DNA of 51,339 bases from NCBI GenBank assembly GCA_027592195.1, contig JAQCKU010000001.1, positions 1-51,339 of the forward strand. The letters run 5' to 3'. The first letter of the stretch is position 1; each line of letters begins with the position of its first letter. The position numbers and the translations under genes are program-made. Below are positions 18,474-26,986 of this stretch, one piece after another. Origin of the DNA: Actinomycetota bacterium (GTDB taxonomy: Bacteria > Actinomycetota > Actinomycetes > Nanopelagicales > Nanopelagicaceae). The notes below the pieces were generated by a model that was given only the letters and a program-made list of their open reading frames with translations, did not search any database and was not told the DNA's origin.

Positions 18474-19841
18474 TTAATTCGCAGTTGAGATGGGCTCTTC
18501 GAGCATCTCAGTCACTAGGGCTGCTATCGCCGATCGTTCACTTCGAGTTAGAGTGATATGGGCAAAGAGGGGATGGCCCTTAAGAGATTCCACTACAGCA
18601 ACAACGCCATCATGGCGCCCTACTCGAAGATTATCTCGTTGGGCAATGTCGTGGGTGAGTACCACCCTCGAGCCCTGTCCAATACGAGAGAGGACCGTCA
18701 AGAGAACTCCTCGCTCCAACGATTGCGCCTCATCAACAATGACAAATGCATCGTGGAGTGATCGTCCGCGGATATGGGTTAGCGGTAAAACTTCAATGAG
18801 GCCACGATCTAATATCTCTTCAATGACCGGGGCGGTAACGAGCGCACCTAAGGTATCGAAAACTGCCTGGGCCCAAGGTGACATTTTTTCGCCTTCACTG
18901 CCAGGCAGATATCCCAACTCCTGTCCACCAACAGGATAGAGCGGTCGAAACACAATAACTTTTTTATGGAGGCCTCGTTCAAGAACAGCTTCAAGGCCTG
19001 CGCAGAGGGCGAGCGCAGATTTTCCGGTTCCAGCTCTGCCACCAAGGGAGAGAATTCCGATCTCGGTATCCATCAAAAGATCGAGAGCAACTCGCTGCTC
19101 TGCGCTTCTGCCATGGAGCCCAAAAACGCTCCGATCCCCTCGTACTAGTTGAAGTTGGCCATCACGTAAAACTCGCGCCAGCGCCGATCCCTTCTCAGAG
19201 TGGAGAACAACACCGGTATGGCAAGGAAGATCTTTTGCAAGTTCCTCACTCACTCGTTCTTCTTGAAAGAGGCGATCGATTAATCCACCTGGCACTGAAA
19301 TCTCTACCATCCCAGTCCAGCCAGAATTTGGTGCAGAGAGAGCTCGATATTCCTCGGCGGCGATACCAAGAGAGGATGCTTTCACTCGAAGTGGGAGATC
19401 TTTTGTCACCAAAGTGACGGACCGTCCTTCACGGGAGAGATTTTTAGCCACAGCAAGAATTCTCGAATCATTTGTTCCATCTCGCTGCAACCCACCCGGC
19501 AATGTATTGGGATCAGCATGATTGAGTTCAACAACTAATTCTCCACCAAGATCGTTGAGCTTCAGTGGCTGATCTAATCGTCCATATTGGGCTCGTAAAT
19601 CATCAAGAGAGCGGAGCGCAGCGCGGGCGAAATATCCAAGCTCTGGATGATCTCGTTTAATCTCCAGCTCACCGATGACCGAGATAGGAATAATTACTTG
19701 ATGTTCAGCAAAACGAAAGATTGCACCTGGATCCGCTAAAAGCACGCTGGTATCAAGTATGTAGGTAGTTTTCGAATCTGCTCTCAAAGTCTCCCTCACG
19801 TGATAGCGAGCGCAACTGCTTGCCCTAAAGTAAGTCTCCAA
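18474..19841 (-). CDS. phoH2: PhoH2: N-terminal PIN RNase domain fused to a PhoH-type ATPase/helicase
   Basis: PIN region: [20 protein letters not shown]. PhoH region: Walker [13 protein letters not shown], Walker B VIVDEAQS. The track start at 19841 is a TTG. GTG 19799 gives an N-terminus of the usual length. Confidence 0.85.
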   Translation of the reverse strand: METYFRASSCARYHVRETLRADSKTTYILDTSVLLADPGAIFRFAEHQVIIPISVIGELEIKRDHPELGYFARAALRSLDDLRAQYGRLDQPLKLNDLGGELVVELNHADPNTLPGGLQRDGTNDSRILAVAKNLSREGRSVTLVTKDLPLRVKASSLGIAAEEYRALSAPNSGWTGMVEISVPGGLIDRLFQEERVSEELAKDLPCHTGVVLHSEKGSALARVLRDGQLQLVRGDRSVFGLHGRSAEQRVALDLLMDTEIGILSLGGRAGTGKSALALCAGLEAVLERGLHKKVIVFRPLYPVGGQELGYLPGSEGEKMSPWAQAVFDTLGALVTAPVIEEILDRGLIEVLPLTHIRGRSLHDAFVIVDEAQSLERGVLLTVLSRIGQGSRVVLTHDIAQRDNLRVGRHDGVVAVVESLKGHPLFAHITLTRSERSAIAALVTEMLEEPISTAN

Positions 19842-19932
19842 GAGCCACTTTTATCGAAGCCACGCCGAAAGGCAATTAAGAGCGGGGGCTAGCGGAAATT
19901 TTAATTTAGCTTGATGAGAAATTCAGTAAGAA

Positions 19933-20250
19933 TTAACTTTCAGGCAACTTTGCAATACGCCTCTCCGCGATAAATGAAGCAATCGGAAGGGTTCCTGCCA
20001 GTATGAGAGCGATCATTTTCCCAACGCTCCACCGAGCACGCGCAGCATAATGAATTGCAGTGAGAACATAGAATGCATATATATAACCATGGACAAAAGG
20101 GATCCACTTAACCTTTGCCTCTAATTCAGGTTGATCGAGTAGATAAACGATCGGTAATTCAACGAACCAGAGAAGAAGTGACATGATTCCCGCTGCAACC
20201 GCCATAAATCGAAACCGGGAAATTACACCGTTCACGCTAACTCCTATCAT
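19933..20250 (-). CDS. Small membrane protein, DUF3817-like
   Basis: 105 aa, 3-4 TM helices. The pattern RFRFMAVAAGIMSLLLW ... HGYIYAFYVL ... AGTLPIASF resembles DUF3817; the family call is from memory. Confidence 0.55.
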   Translation of the reverse strand: MIGVSVNGVISRFRFMAVAAGIMSLLLWFVELPIVYLLDQPELEAKVKWIPFVHGYIYAFYVLTAIHYAARARWSVGKMIALILAGTLPIASFIAERRIAKLPES

Positions 20251-20296
20251 CCTCGATCATGGTTAACTTCTAATTGACCTCATTGCTAAGCCAAGG

Positions 20297-21151
20297 TTAC
20301 TCTGATTGAACTACTAATTCTTGATCTACCTTTCTTCGAAATCTCTGATAAAAAGGAAGATAGAGAGTAATTGCCGCCATTAAAAACCAGATAAAGACAT
20401 AGGAGATATGTTGCCAGTAGTAACCTGGAATCGTTGGTTGGGCAATCTGATCTGGTGGATATTGAAGTCTGCTTTCGGATCCAACAGTTGCGATCACTTC
20501 TTTCTGTAAAAGTACATATCCATCATAAAGCGGAAGGGTGAAATCTTGAACCAAGAGCGCGCTATCAATCCGGCCAAGGTCATCACTTCTCTCGGTAAGT
20601 GGGGCATCGCGATCCCGATCTTCCCGCTGACTTGGTAGAAGTCTTCCTAAAATTTCAACCCGTTCTCCAATCAGCTCGCTATTTGCACGCTGGAGAGTAG
20701 CTCTTCCAGGATTCTTCAGAGCGTTAGGGAAAAATTCTCGAGCGATAAGCAGCCCGGCACCATTATCTAACTGCAAAAGTCCGATCAGAAATTGACCGGT
20801 CAGAAGCTCTCGCTCTTCATCGCTTCTTTCAATCTGCTGATTACTCCCAGAGAAAAATGCTAGGTATTTTCCGGAGAGCGTTACAACTCGATTAACACTT
20901 GCACCATCCAAGCTCTTTGCTGGTTGGTGAAGGTTTTCAAAATCAGTAGGAGGTAGCTTTGAGATCTCAATGAGTTCGGCTTTTATAGCTTGATTCTCGC
21001 CGGCTCGATCCCACTGCCATAAAGCTAAAGCGCTAAAGGCTGCTGCAAGGCAGAGAACGAGAAGGTAGAGGGCGCCAGTTTTAACTCTTTTTGCCAGTTC
21101 AATATTTTTAGCGAGGGCTATTTTCATTACCCGCTTCATTACCCGCTTCAT
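20297..21151 (-). CDS. SURF1/Shy1-like cytochrome oxidase assembly protein
   Basis: N-terminal TM followed by LALWQWDRA, and a C-terminal YYWQHISYVFIWFLMAA helix; these are the two SURF1 signature regions. The start is ambiguous: three in-frame ATGs (21151, 21139, 21127) lie inside a 12-bp x3 repeat. Confidence 0.7.
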   Translation of the reverse strand: MKRVMKRVMKIALAKNIELAKRVKTGALYLLVLCLAAAFSALALWQWDRAGENQAIKAELIEISKLPPTDFENLHQPAKSLDGASVNRVVTLSGKYLAFFSGSNQQIERSDEERELLTGQFLIGLLQLDNGAGLLIAREFFPNALKNPGRATLQRANSELIGERVEILGRLLPSQREDRDRDAPLTERSDDLGRIDSALLVQDFTLPLYDGYVLLQKEVIATVGSESRLQYPPDQIAQPTIPGYYWQHISYVFIWFLMAAITLYLPFYQRFRRKVDQELVVQSE

Positions 21152-21272
21152 TACCCGCTTGAAATCTCTTATAGCGGCGATAGAAGGAGATCAGCAACAA
21201 AATCACGCCAACTGTGAGGCTGGAGAAAATAATTGAACCAGCTATCCCGGGATCGTAACTTGTCTCCTCCAT
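21108..21272 (-). CDS. Unannotated 54-codon single-pass membrane ORF upstream of and overlapping the SURF1-like gene (hypothetical)
   Basis: My translation: MEETSYDPGIAGSIIFSSLTVGVILLLISFYRRYKRFQAGNEAGNEAGNENSPR. It has one clean TM helix with a positive-inside RRYKRF. TATACT (21287-21282) lies 9 nt upstream of the ATG. It falls below the ORF-track length cut-off. Confidence 0.35.
   Translation of the reverse strand: MEETSYDPGIAGSIIFSSLTVGVILLLISFYRRYKRFQAGNEAGNEAGNENSPR
21125..21160. repeat. Perfect tandem repeat (cattacccgctt) x3
   Basis: Read directly: 21125-21136, 21137-21148 and 21149-21160 are identical. It encodes (KRVM)n in the SURF1-like frame and (AGNE)3 in the small upstream ORF frame. 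Confidence 0.95.
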
Positions 21273-21298
21273 AGTAGGTCGAGTATAACTCTCACAGG

Positions 21299-21691
21299 AT
21301 GAATACCGACGATCAATTTCTTCTCGATAGATATGGCCCAGCTCGTGGTCGATGGTGGAAGTTTGTTGCAGCTCTTGTTGCGGTCATCATGGTTCCATGG
21401 TTGCTTTGGAGCGCTGAATACCACTCGAGGCCCGATTTTGGTTATGAGCTGATCTCCTTTGAAGTTTTAAATGAAAAGGAAGTTTCTCTCACCTATATCG
21501 TGGAGAGAAATATGGAGGAGTTATCGCTGATCTGTACCTTGGTAGCCAGAGACTATGAAAAAAATATTGTTGGAGAGGTCTCCGATATTTTGGCAACCAA
21601 TCGCGCCCCAGGAAAAACAACGCGTAAAGTTCTCATCCCAACCCGTAGCCCTGCGGTAAATGGCGCAGTAGTTGCTTGTAATTCGCGTTAA
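21299..21691 (+). CDS. Membrane-anchored protein, DUF4307-like
   Basis: 130 aa with an N-terminal TM anchor (WWKFVAALVAVIMVPWLLW). It is directly upstream of and co-directional with greA, the usual position of DUF4307 proteins in actinobacteria. Confidence 0.55.
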   Translation: MNTDDQFLLDRYGPARGRWWKFVAALVAVIMVPWLLWSAEYHSRPDFGYELISFEVLNEKEVSLTYIVERNMEELSLICTLVARDYEKNIVGEVSDILATNRAPGKTTRKVLIPTRSPAVNGAVVACNSR

Positions 21692-21718
21692 AAAGTTTCT
21701 CAGGTAGCGTTTGCCCCT

Positions 21719-22204
21719 ATGAGTAACGAACCTACCCAAACGTGGTTAACCCAAGAAGCCGCTGATCGATTAGCGGGAGAGTTGGCGCACCTTGAGGGCC
21801 CGGGGCGGAGTGAAATTGTTAAAAAGATTGAATCTGCTAGAGCCGAAGGTGATCTTAAAGAGAACGGTGGCTACCACGCAGCGAAAGAAGAGCAGGGCAA
21901 GATAGAAGCTCGCATCCGCCAATTGCGACATATGTTGGAGCATGCAATTATCGGTGCGCCACCAGCAAGTGAATTGGGCGTCGTTGGCCTGGGAATGAGA
22001 GTAAGAGTTGATATCGGTGGCGATGAGATGAAATTTCTTCTTGGCTCACGCGAAATTGCGGCCACTGATCTCGATGTTTACAGTGAAAAATCTCCGCTAG
22101 GCGCAGCGTTACTTGGGGCAAAAGTTGGGCAGACAGTGAAATACCAAGCGCCCAATGGAAAAGAAATTGAAGTTGCAGTCCTTGAGGTCACGCCCTTTAT
22201 CTGA
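21719..22204 (+). CDS. greA: Transcription elongation factor GreA
   Basis: GDLKENGGYHAAKEEQ acidic-tip motif in an N-terminal coiled coil, plus a C-terminal globular domain. Confidence 0.95.
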   Translation: MSNEPTQTWLTQEAADRLAGELAHLEGPGRSEIVKKIESARAEGDLKENGGYHAAKEEQGKIEARIRQLRHMLEHAIIGAPPASELGVVGLGMRVRVDIGGDEMKFLLGSREIAATDLDVYSEKSPLGAALLGAKVGQTVKYQAPNGKEIEVAVLEVTPFI

Positions 22205-22231
22205 ATCATCAGATTTCTAGTGGATCTGACT

Positions 22232-23029
22232 TTAGCGTGAAGAACTTCTCTTATATTTTCTTACACTTAAAGGTATAAATACCGCCATCAATAAAGCCAT
22301 ATAGACCAGTGACATAAATATTGGCTCTCGTGATGGAAATGACTGCGCTGTAACGCCAAATAAATTTATGACGCCAAAAAACTCTCGACACCCAGCTACC
22401 ACCGTTGACACTGGATTCCACTCAGCAAAATATTGAAGTGCTTTGGGCATTCCAGTTGTTGGAGCAAAAGCATTTGACAAAAATGTCAGCGGAAAGACTG
22501 CCAAAAACACAACAGTGTTGGCAACGCGTGCCTGACGTACTGATAGGCCGACAAGAACACCAATCCATGACATTGAAAATCCAAAGAGAAGGAGGAAGAG
22601 AAATCCTGCCAAAATTGAGAGCGGTGATGATGAAGGCCGCCAACCAACGAGATAACCAGCAATTCCCATGACAAAGAGGACAACGACATTGAGCGCTGAA
22701 TCCCCTAACGCTCTACCAACAACGACCGCTGAGCGTGAGATGGGTAGCGATCGGAAGCGATCGATCAGCCCTTTCTCCATATCCTCTGCAAGACCCACTG
22801 CTGTTCCAGCTAAGGTAAAGGCCACAGTCTGAACAAAAATCCCTGGCATTAGGAGTTGAACGTAATCTACTCCTTCAAGTCCTGTTGAAATCGAACCACC
22901 AAAAACAAACCTAAAAAGCAGCACAAACATCACTGGTTGGATCGTAGAAAAAATTAATACCTCAGGAATTCGAACTAACTGTAAAAGTTGTCGTTTCATA
23001 ATGATCAATGCATCATGGAGCGCGCTCAT
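22232..23029 (-). CDS. ABC-2 type exporter permease (DrrB-like)
   Basis: 265 aa, 6 TM helices, immediately downstream (4-nt gap, SD AGGAGAGG) of the DrrA-like ATPase. Confidence 0.8.
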   Translation of the reverse strand: MSALHDALIIMKRQLLQLVRIPEVLIFSTIQPVMFVLLFRFVFGGSISTGLEGVDYVQLLMPGIFVQTVAFTLAGTAVGLAEDMEKGLIDRFRSLPISRSAVVVGRALGDSALNVVVLFVMGIAGYLVGWRPSSSPLSILAGFLFLLLFGFSMSWIGVLVGLSVRQARVANTVVFLAVFPLTFLSNAFAPTTGMPKALQYFAEWNPVSTVVAGCREFFGVINLFGVTAQSFPSREPIFMSLVYMALLMAVFIPLSVRKYKRSSSR

Positions 23030-23033
23030 GCTC

Positions 23034-24047
23034 TTACCTCTCCTCTTTCATCAAGGTTTCGGTTTCATTCTCTTCTGCAGAGTGTCCGGTCAGAGCAAGA
23101 AATACATCATCTAAAGATGGGCGCTTTAGCCCAAGATCTAGAGGATGGATCTGGGCATCATCTAGGGCTTTCACCGCTTCGATTAGAGCCTTTGTCCCAG
23201 TACTCACCGGAGCGGAGACCTGCCTAAGATCTCGATCGATGATTACTGAGTGTGAAATTCTTGCAACAATTTCACGGACAGCATCTAAATGTTCTGCCTC
23301 AACAACAATCTCTAATCGCTCTCCACCAACCTGACGCTTTAGCTCATCTGCACTTCCTCGAGCAATTACTCTGCCGTGATCGATAACGGCAATTTCATCT
23401 GCTAATTGATCTGCCTCTTCCAAATATTGTGTGGTGAGCAGAAGTGTCACACCGCTATCAACAAGTGAATTAATGACTCCCCACATCTCTTGGCGACCTC
23501 TTGGGTCAAGGCCTGTAGTTGGTTCATCTAAAAAAAGAACTTTTGGTCGAACAATAAGTGAGGCAGCAAGATCAATGCGACGTCGCATTCCGCCTGAATA
23601 AGTTTTTATCGGTCTTCTTGCTGCATCAGTGAGGGAGAACTGTTCAAGTAATTCTTCAGCACGCTTTGTCGCGGCAGCAGGTTTCATCCGATGTAACCGG
23701 GCAAACATCACCAAGTTATCCCAACCTGTCAACGTTTCATCAACAGCCGCATATTGGCCAGAGAGACCAATTATTTTCCGCACTTCATGAGGATTTTTAA
23801 TAACATCGATACCTCCCACAAAGGCGCTACCAGAATCTGGTTTAAGTAAAGTAGTGAGAACTCTTACCGTTGTGGTCTTACCCGCACCATTTGGTCCCAA
23901 AACACCAAGAACTGTTCCCTCTTCAACTTCTAGGCTGAGGCTATCGAGAGCGCGTACTATTTTTTTTGAATCAGCATCTTTTGATTTTTTACCGACTGAT
24001 TTAACTCGATAGTTCTTTACAAGCTCTTTTGCGATCACGCTTTTCAT
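23034..24047 (-). CDS. ABC exporter ATP-binding protein (DrrA-like)
   Basis: Walker A GPNGAGKTT; signature YSGGMRRRIDLA; Walker B LFLDEPTTGLD; C-terminal DrrA-type extension. I prefer ATG 24047 over the TTG at 24050. Confidence 0.9.
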   Translation of the reverse strand: MKSVIAKELVKNYRVKSVGKKSKDADSKKIVRALDSLSLEVEEGTVLGVLGPNGAGKTTTVRVLTTLLKPDSGSAFVGGIDVIKNPHEVRKIIGLSGQYAAVDETLTGWDNLVMFARLHRMKPAAATKRAEELLEQFSLTDAARRPIKTYSGGMRRRIDLAASLIVRPKVLFLDEPTTGLDPRGRQEMWGVINSLVDSGVTLLLTTQYLEEADQLADEIAVIDHGRVIARGSADELKRQVGGERLEIVVEAEHLDAVREIVARISHSVIIDRDLRQVSAPVSTGTKALIEAVKALDDAQIHPLDLGLKRPSLDDVFLALTGHSAEENETETLMKEER

Positions 24048-24106
24048 CAAACTTCTCTCGTATCTCTATCTCGTAGCTCACATTTTGGAGCTCACAGAAC
24101 GGCAAT

Positions 24107-24141
24107 CTCTTGATGGCTAATTCCCTTGGGGTGATCAAGAG
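24107..24141 (+). promoter_or_regulatory. 8-bp-arm inverted repeat / RNA hairpin upstream of the DHA2 MFS gene
   Basis: CTCTTGAT (24107-24114) pairs perfectly with ATCAAGAG (24134-24141) across a 19-nt loop. The right arm contains the AAGAG SD-like element of an 8-codon uORF (24146-24172). Confidence 0.3.
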
Positions 24142-24178
24142 TAAGATGTCATCCTATCTGAAAGGCTTCTAAGAAAAA

Positions 24179-25735
24179 ATGAATAATGGCACCTCTAGCC
24201 AGAAAGAATTTACTCATAAAGAAATAATGACGGTGATGGCCGGGTTAATGACCGGCATTCTTCTAGCTGCTCTTGATCAAACCATTGTTTCAACGGCGCT
24301 TAAATCGATCGTGGAAGAATTCAATGGGTTGAGCCATTACACCTGGGTGGTAACTGCATATCTCTTAACATCAACTGCCGTAACACCACTTTATGGAAAA
24401 TTCTCAGATATCTACGGTCGGCGACCTGTCTATATCTTTGCCATTGTCACATTTTTAGTTGGCTCACTCCTCTCTGGCGCTGCAACGGATATGAATCAAT
24501 TAATTATTTTTAGAGCAATTCAAGGAATTGGCGCTGGAGGACTCTTTGCGCTCTCATTTATTATCATTGGAGATATCGTCGCTCCAAGAGAGCGAGGTAA
24601 ATACCAAGGGCTATTTGGTGCGGTCTGGGGAGTTTCATCAGTTGCTGGACCACTTCTTGGTGGTTTCTTTGCAGGACAAGGAGAGATCTTAGGAATTACC
24701 GGTTGGCGATGGATTTTTTATATCAATCTACCTTTTGGAATTCTCTCACTGTTTGTAATCTCATCAGTTCTACATATTAAAAGTCGTAAAGTTAATCACT
24801 CTATTGATTATCTTGGCGCTATTTCATTGGTAACCGGAGTGACTTCGCTGCTATTGGCAGTTTCGGTAACAGGCCCAGAAGATGGATGGCTCCATCCATT
24901 TACCCTTTCTTATTTTGCTATTGCTTTCATTTTTTCGTCGATATTTATCTGGTGGGAATTTCGCGCTAAAGAGCCACTTCTTCCGATGCGCTTATTTAAA
25001 AATCACACATTCACGCTTACCTCGCTGATCGCATTTATCGTTGGCGCTGGGATGTTTGGTGCGATTGTGCTTCTTCCGCTTTATATGCAGGTAAATCTTC
25101 AATATTCACCTTCAGAGGCGGGTTTGAAGCTCATCCCTATGATGTTGGGAATAGTGGCAATGGCGATAACTAGCGGCCGTTTGATTTCAAGAACTGGAAA
25201 ATATAAGCGATTTCCGGTTACTGGAATGGCGATTATGGTGATTGCTATCGCGCTCTTTACAACAATCAATCGTGATATGCCATATTGGCAGTTAGCCATC
25301 TATGCAGCGTTGATGGGTATGGGTATCGGTCTGTCGATGCAGACGATCGTTATAGCGCTACAAAATGATGTGGACCAGAGCGATATGGGGGTAGCAACAA
25401 GTTCTAACACCTTCTTTCGAAGCTTGGGGGCATCATTTGGAACAGCTATCTTTGGAACAGTTCTTACAAATCAATTCATAGAGAAAGTTAAAGTTGATCT
25501 ACCAACTAATTTAGTTGATGAAGCAATTTCGGGTGTTACTGAAAATACCGCGCTGATTGCGGTTCTGCCTTTTGAAATTCAAGAGATTATCTACGCCAGC
25601 TTTGACTCCGCTTTCTCTTTTGTTTTCTGGTTGGTCTTACCGATAATTTCTATCGGTTTTTTTCTCACGCTCCGATTGCGAGAGCGACCTTTACGAGAAA
25701 CGGTCAATCAAAATACTGGTGAGGCAGCTGGATAG
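24179..25735 (+). CDS. MFS transporter, DHA2 (EmrB/QacA, 14-TM) drug:H+ antiporter family
   Basis: 518 aa, about 14 TM helices. Motif A-like GKFSDIYGRRPV; motif C-like GAGGLFA. Confidence 0.85.
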   Translation: MNNGTSSQKEFTHKEIMTVMAGLMTGILLAALDQTIVSTALKSIVEEFNGLSHYTWVVTAYLLTSTAVTPLYGKFSDIYGRRPVYIFAIVTFLVGSLLSGAATDMNQLIIFRAIQGIGAGGLFALSFIIIGDIVAPRERGKYQGLFGAVWGVSSVAGPLLGGFFAGQGEILGITGWRWIFYINLPFGILSLFVISSVLHIKSRKVNHSIDYLGAISLVTGVTSLLLAVSVTGPEDGWLHPFTLSYFAIAFIFSSIFIWWEFRAKEPLLPMRLFKNHTFTLTSLIAFIVGAGMFGAIVLLPLYMQVNLQYSPSEAGLKLIPMMLGIVAMAITSGRLISRTGKYKRFPVTGMAIMVIAIALFTTINRDMPYWQLAIYAALMGMGIGLSMQTIVIALQNDVDQSDMGVATSSNTFFRSLGASFGTAIFGTVLTNQFIEKVKVDLPTNLVDEAISGVTENTALIAVLPFEIQEIIYASFDSAFSFVFWLVLPIISIGFFLTLRLRERPLRETVNQNTGEAAG

Positions 25736-25738
25736 CGA

Positions 25739-26986
25739 ATGATGAAGATTCAATCCCCTTTTAGAGATTTTCCCCCTGCTGTTGCAGCGTTAACGATGGT
25801 CTCCTTCTTTGTTGCAGTTGGTTTTGGCGTTGTCATTCCCGCCATTCCAATTTTTGCTGCATCTTTTGGAGTGAGCGCTACCGCCATTGGTCTAGTTATC
25901 AGCGCTTTTGCTGTAGCTCGTTTGGTTTCTGGACTTCTTGCCGGAAAGCTTGTTGAAAAATATGGTGAGCGTCTCGTTTTAGGAAGTGGCCTTCTTATGG
26001 TGGCTTTCTTTACCCTTCTTACAGCGCTAGCTAATAGCTATAGCGAATTGTTGATATTTAGAACTGCAGGTGGCCTTGGTTCATCGATGTTTTCAGTTGC
26101 GGCCGGCTCCCTTCTTCTCAGATCAGTAGATGACGACCAGCGGGGAAGGGCGCAATCCCTATTTAATGGTGGTTTTCTCTTGGGTGCAATATCTGGACCT
26201 GCCTTTGGTGGGATTCTTTTAAATATTTCACTCCGTGCACCTTTTTTCATTTATGCAATAACTTTGATTGCAGCAGCTGCAACAGCTCTCATAAGGTTAA
26301 CAACAACAAAATTGGGAGAAAAGAGCGCAACCCCCTCAATTAATGGCAGCGCAATGAGGATACGAGATGCCATGGCAATCCCCTCTTACCGAATTGCTCT
26401 AGCTCTCACTTTCTTGGGAAGCTGGGTCTTGTTTGGACTGCGATCATCATTAGTGCCACTTTTTGTTACAGATGAATTAAAGGCAAGTACAACAATTGTT
26501 GGTCTTGGTTTTACTTTAGCTGCTCTAGCAAATGGCGCAATTTTATTGAAAGCTGGAAAACTTGCCGATACAAAAGGGCGTCGCCATGCGTTATTAATTG
26601 GCACCACCTTAGTTTTCTTAGGTCTTGCGCTACTTACTCTGGCTTTTCATCCAGCTTTATATATTGGATCGATGATCATTATGGGTTTTGGTGGTGCATT
26701 TTTCGGAAGCGCCCCAGCAGCACTGGTGGGAGATGTCGTTAAAGGTCGCGGGGGTAGAGTCATTGCCTTTTTTCAGATGGCTGGAGATGCCGGCATGATG
26801 GTGGGGCCAATACTTCTTGGCGTTATCGCAGATCTTGCCTCGTATCGAATTTCTTTCTTAACGACGCTTATATTATTTTCCTTTACCTTTTATCTTGTTC
26901 TTGCACTTCCAAAAGGAGCGCCTACCAGCTCTCAAGAAGAGCCGATAGGCGCGAAGGAAATTCGATTAAATAATAGAGAAGATTAA
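25739..26986 (+). CDS. MFS transporter (12-TM)
   Basis: 415 aa, 12 TM helices, GKLVEKYGERLV motif A-like loop. Starts 3 nt after the stop of the preceding MFS gene. Confidence 0.8.
   Translation: MMKIQSPFRDFPPAVAALTMVSFFVAVGFGVVIPAIPIFAASFGVSATAIGLVISAFAVARLVSGLLAGKLVEKYGERLVLGSGLLMVAFFTLLTALANSYSELLIFRTAGGLGSSMFSVAAGSLLLRSVDDDQRGRAQSLFNGGFLLGAISGPAFGGILLNISLRAPFFIYAITLIAAAATALIRLTTTKLGEKSATPSINGSAMRIRDAMAIPSYRIALALTFLGSWVLFGLRSSLVPLFVTDELKASTTIVGLGFTLAALANGAILLKAGKLADTKGRRHALLIGTTLVFLGLALLTLAFHPALYIGSMIIMGFGGAFFGSAPAALVGDVVKGRGGRVIAFFQMAGDAGMMVGPILLGVIADLASYRISFLTTLILFSFTFYLVLALPKGAPTSSQEEPIGAKEIRLNNRED

Noticed and set aside
21242-21424. The 60-aa minus-strand ORF in the track, overlapping the DUF4307-like gene start.
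   Set aside because: It is antisense to a better-supported gene and has no hydrophobic or motif content. A different minus-strand frame (21108-21272) gives a far more protein-like small membrane ORF.
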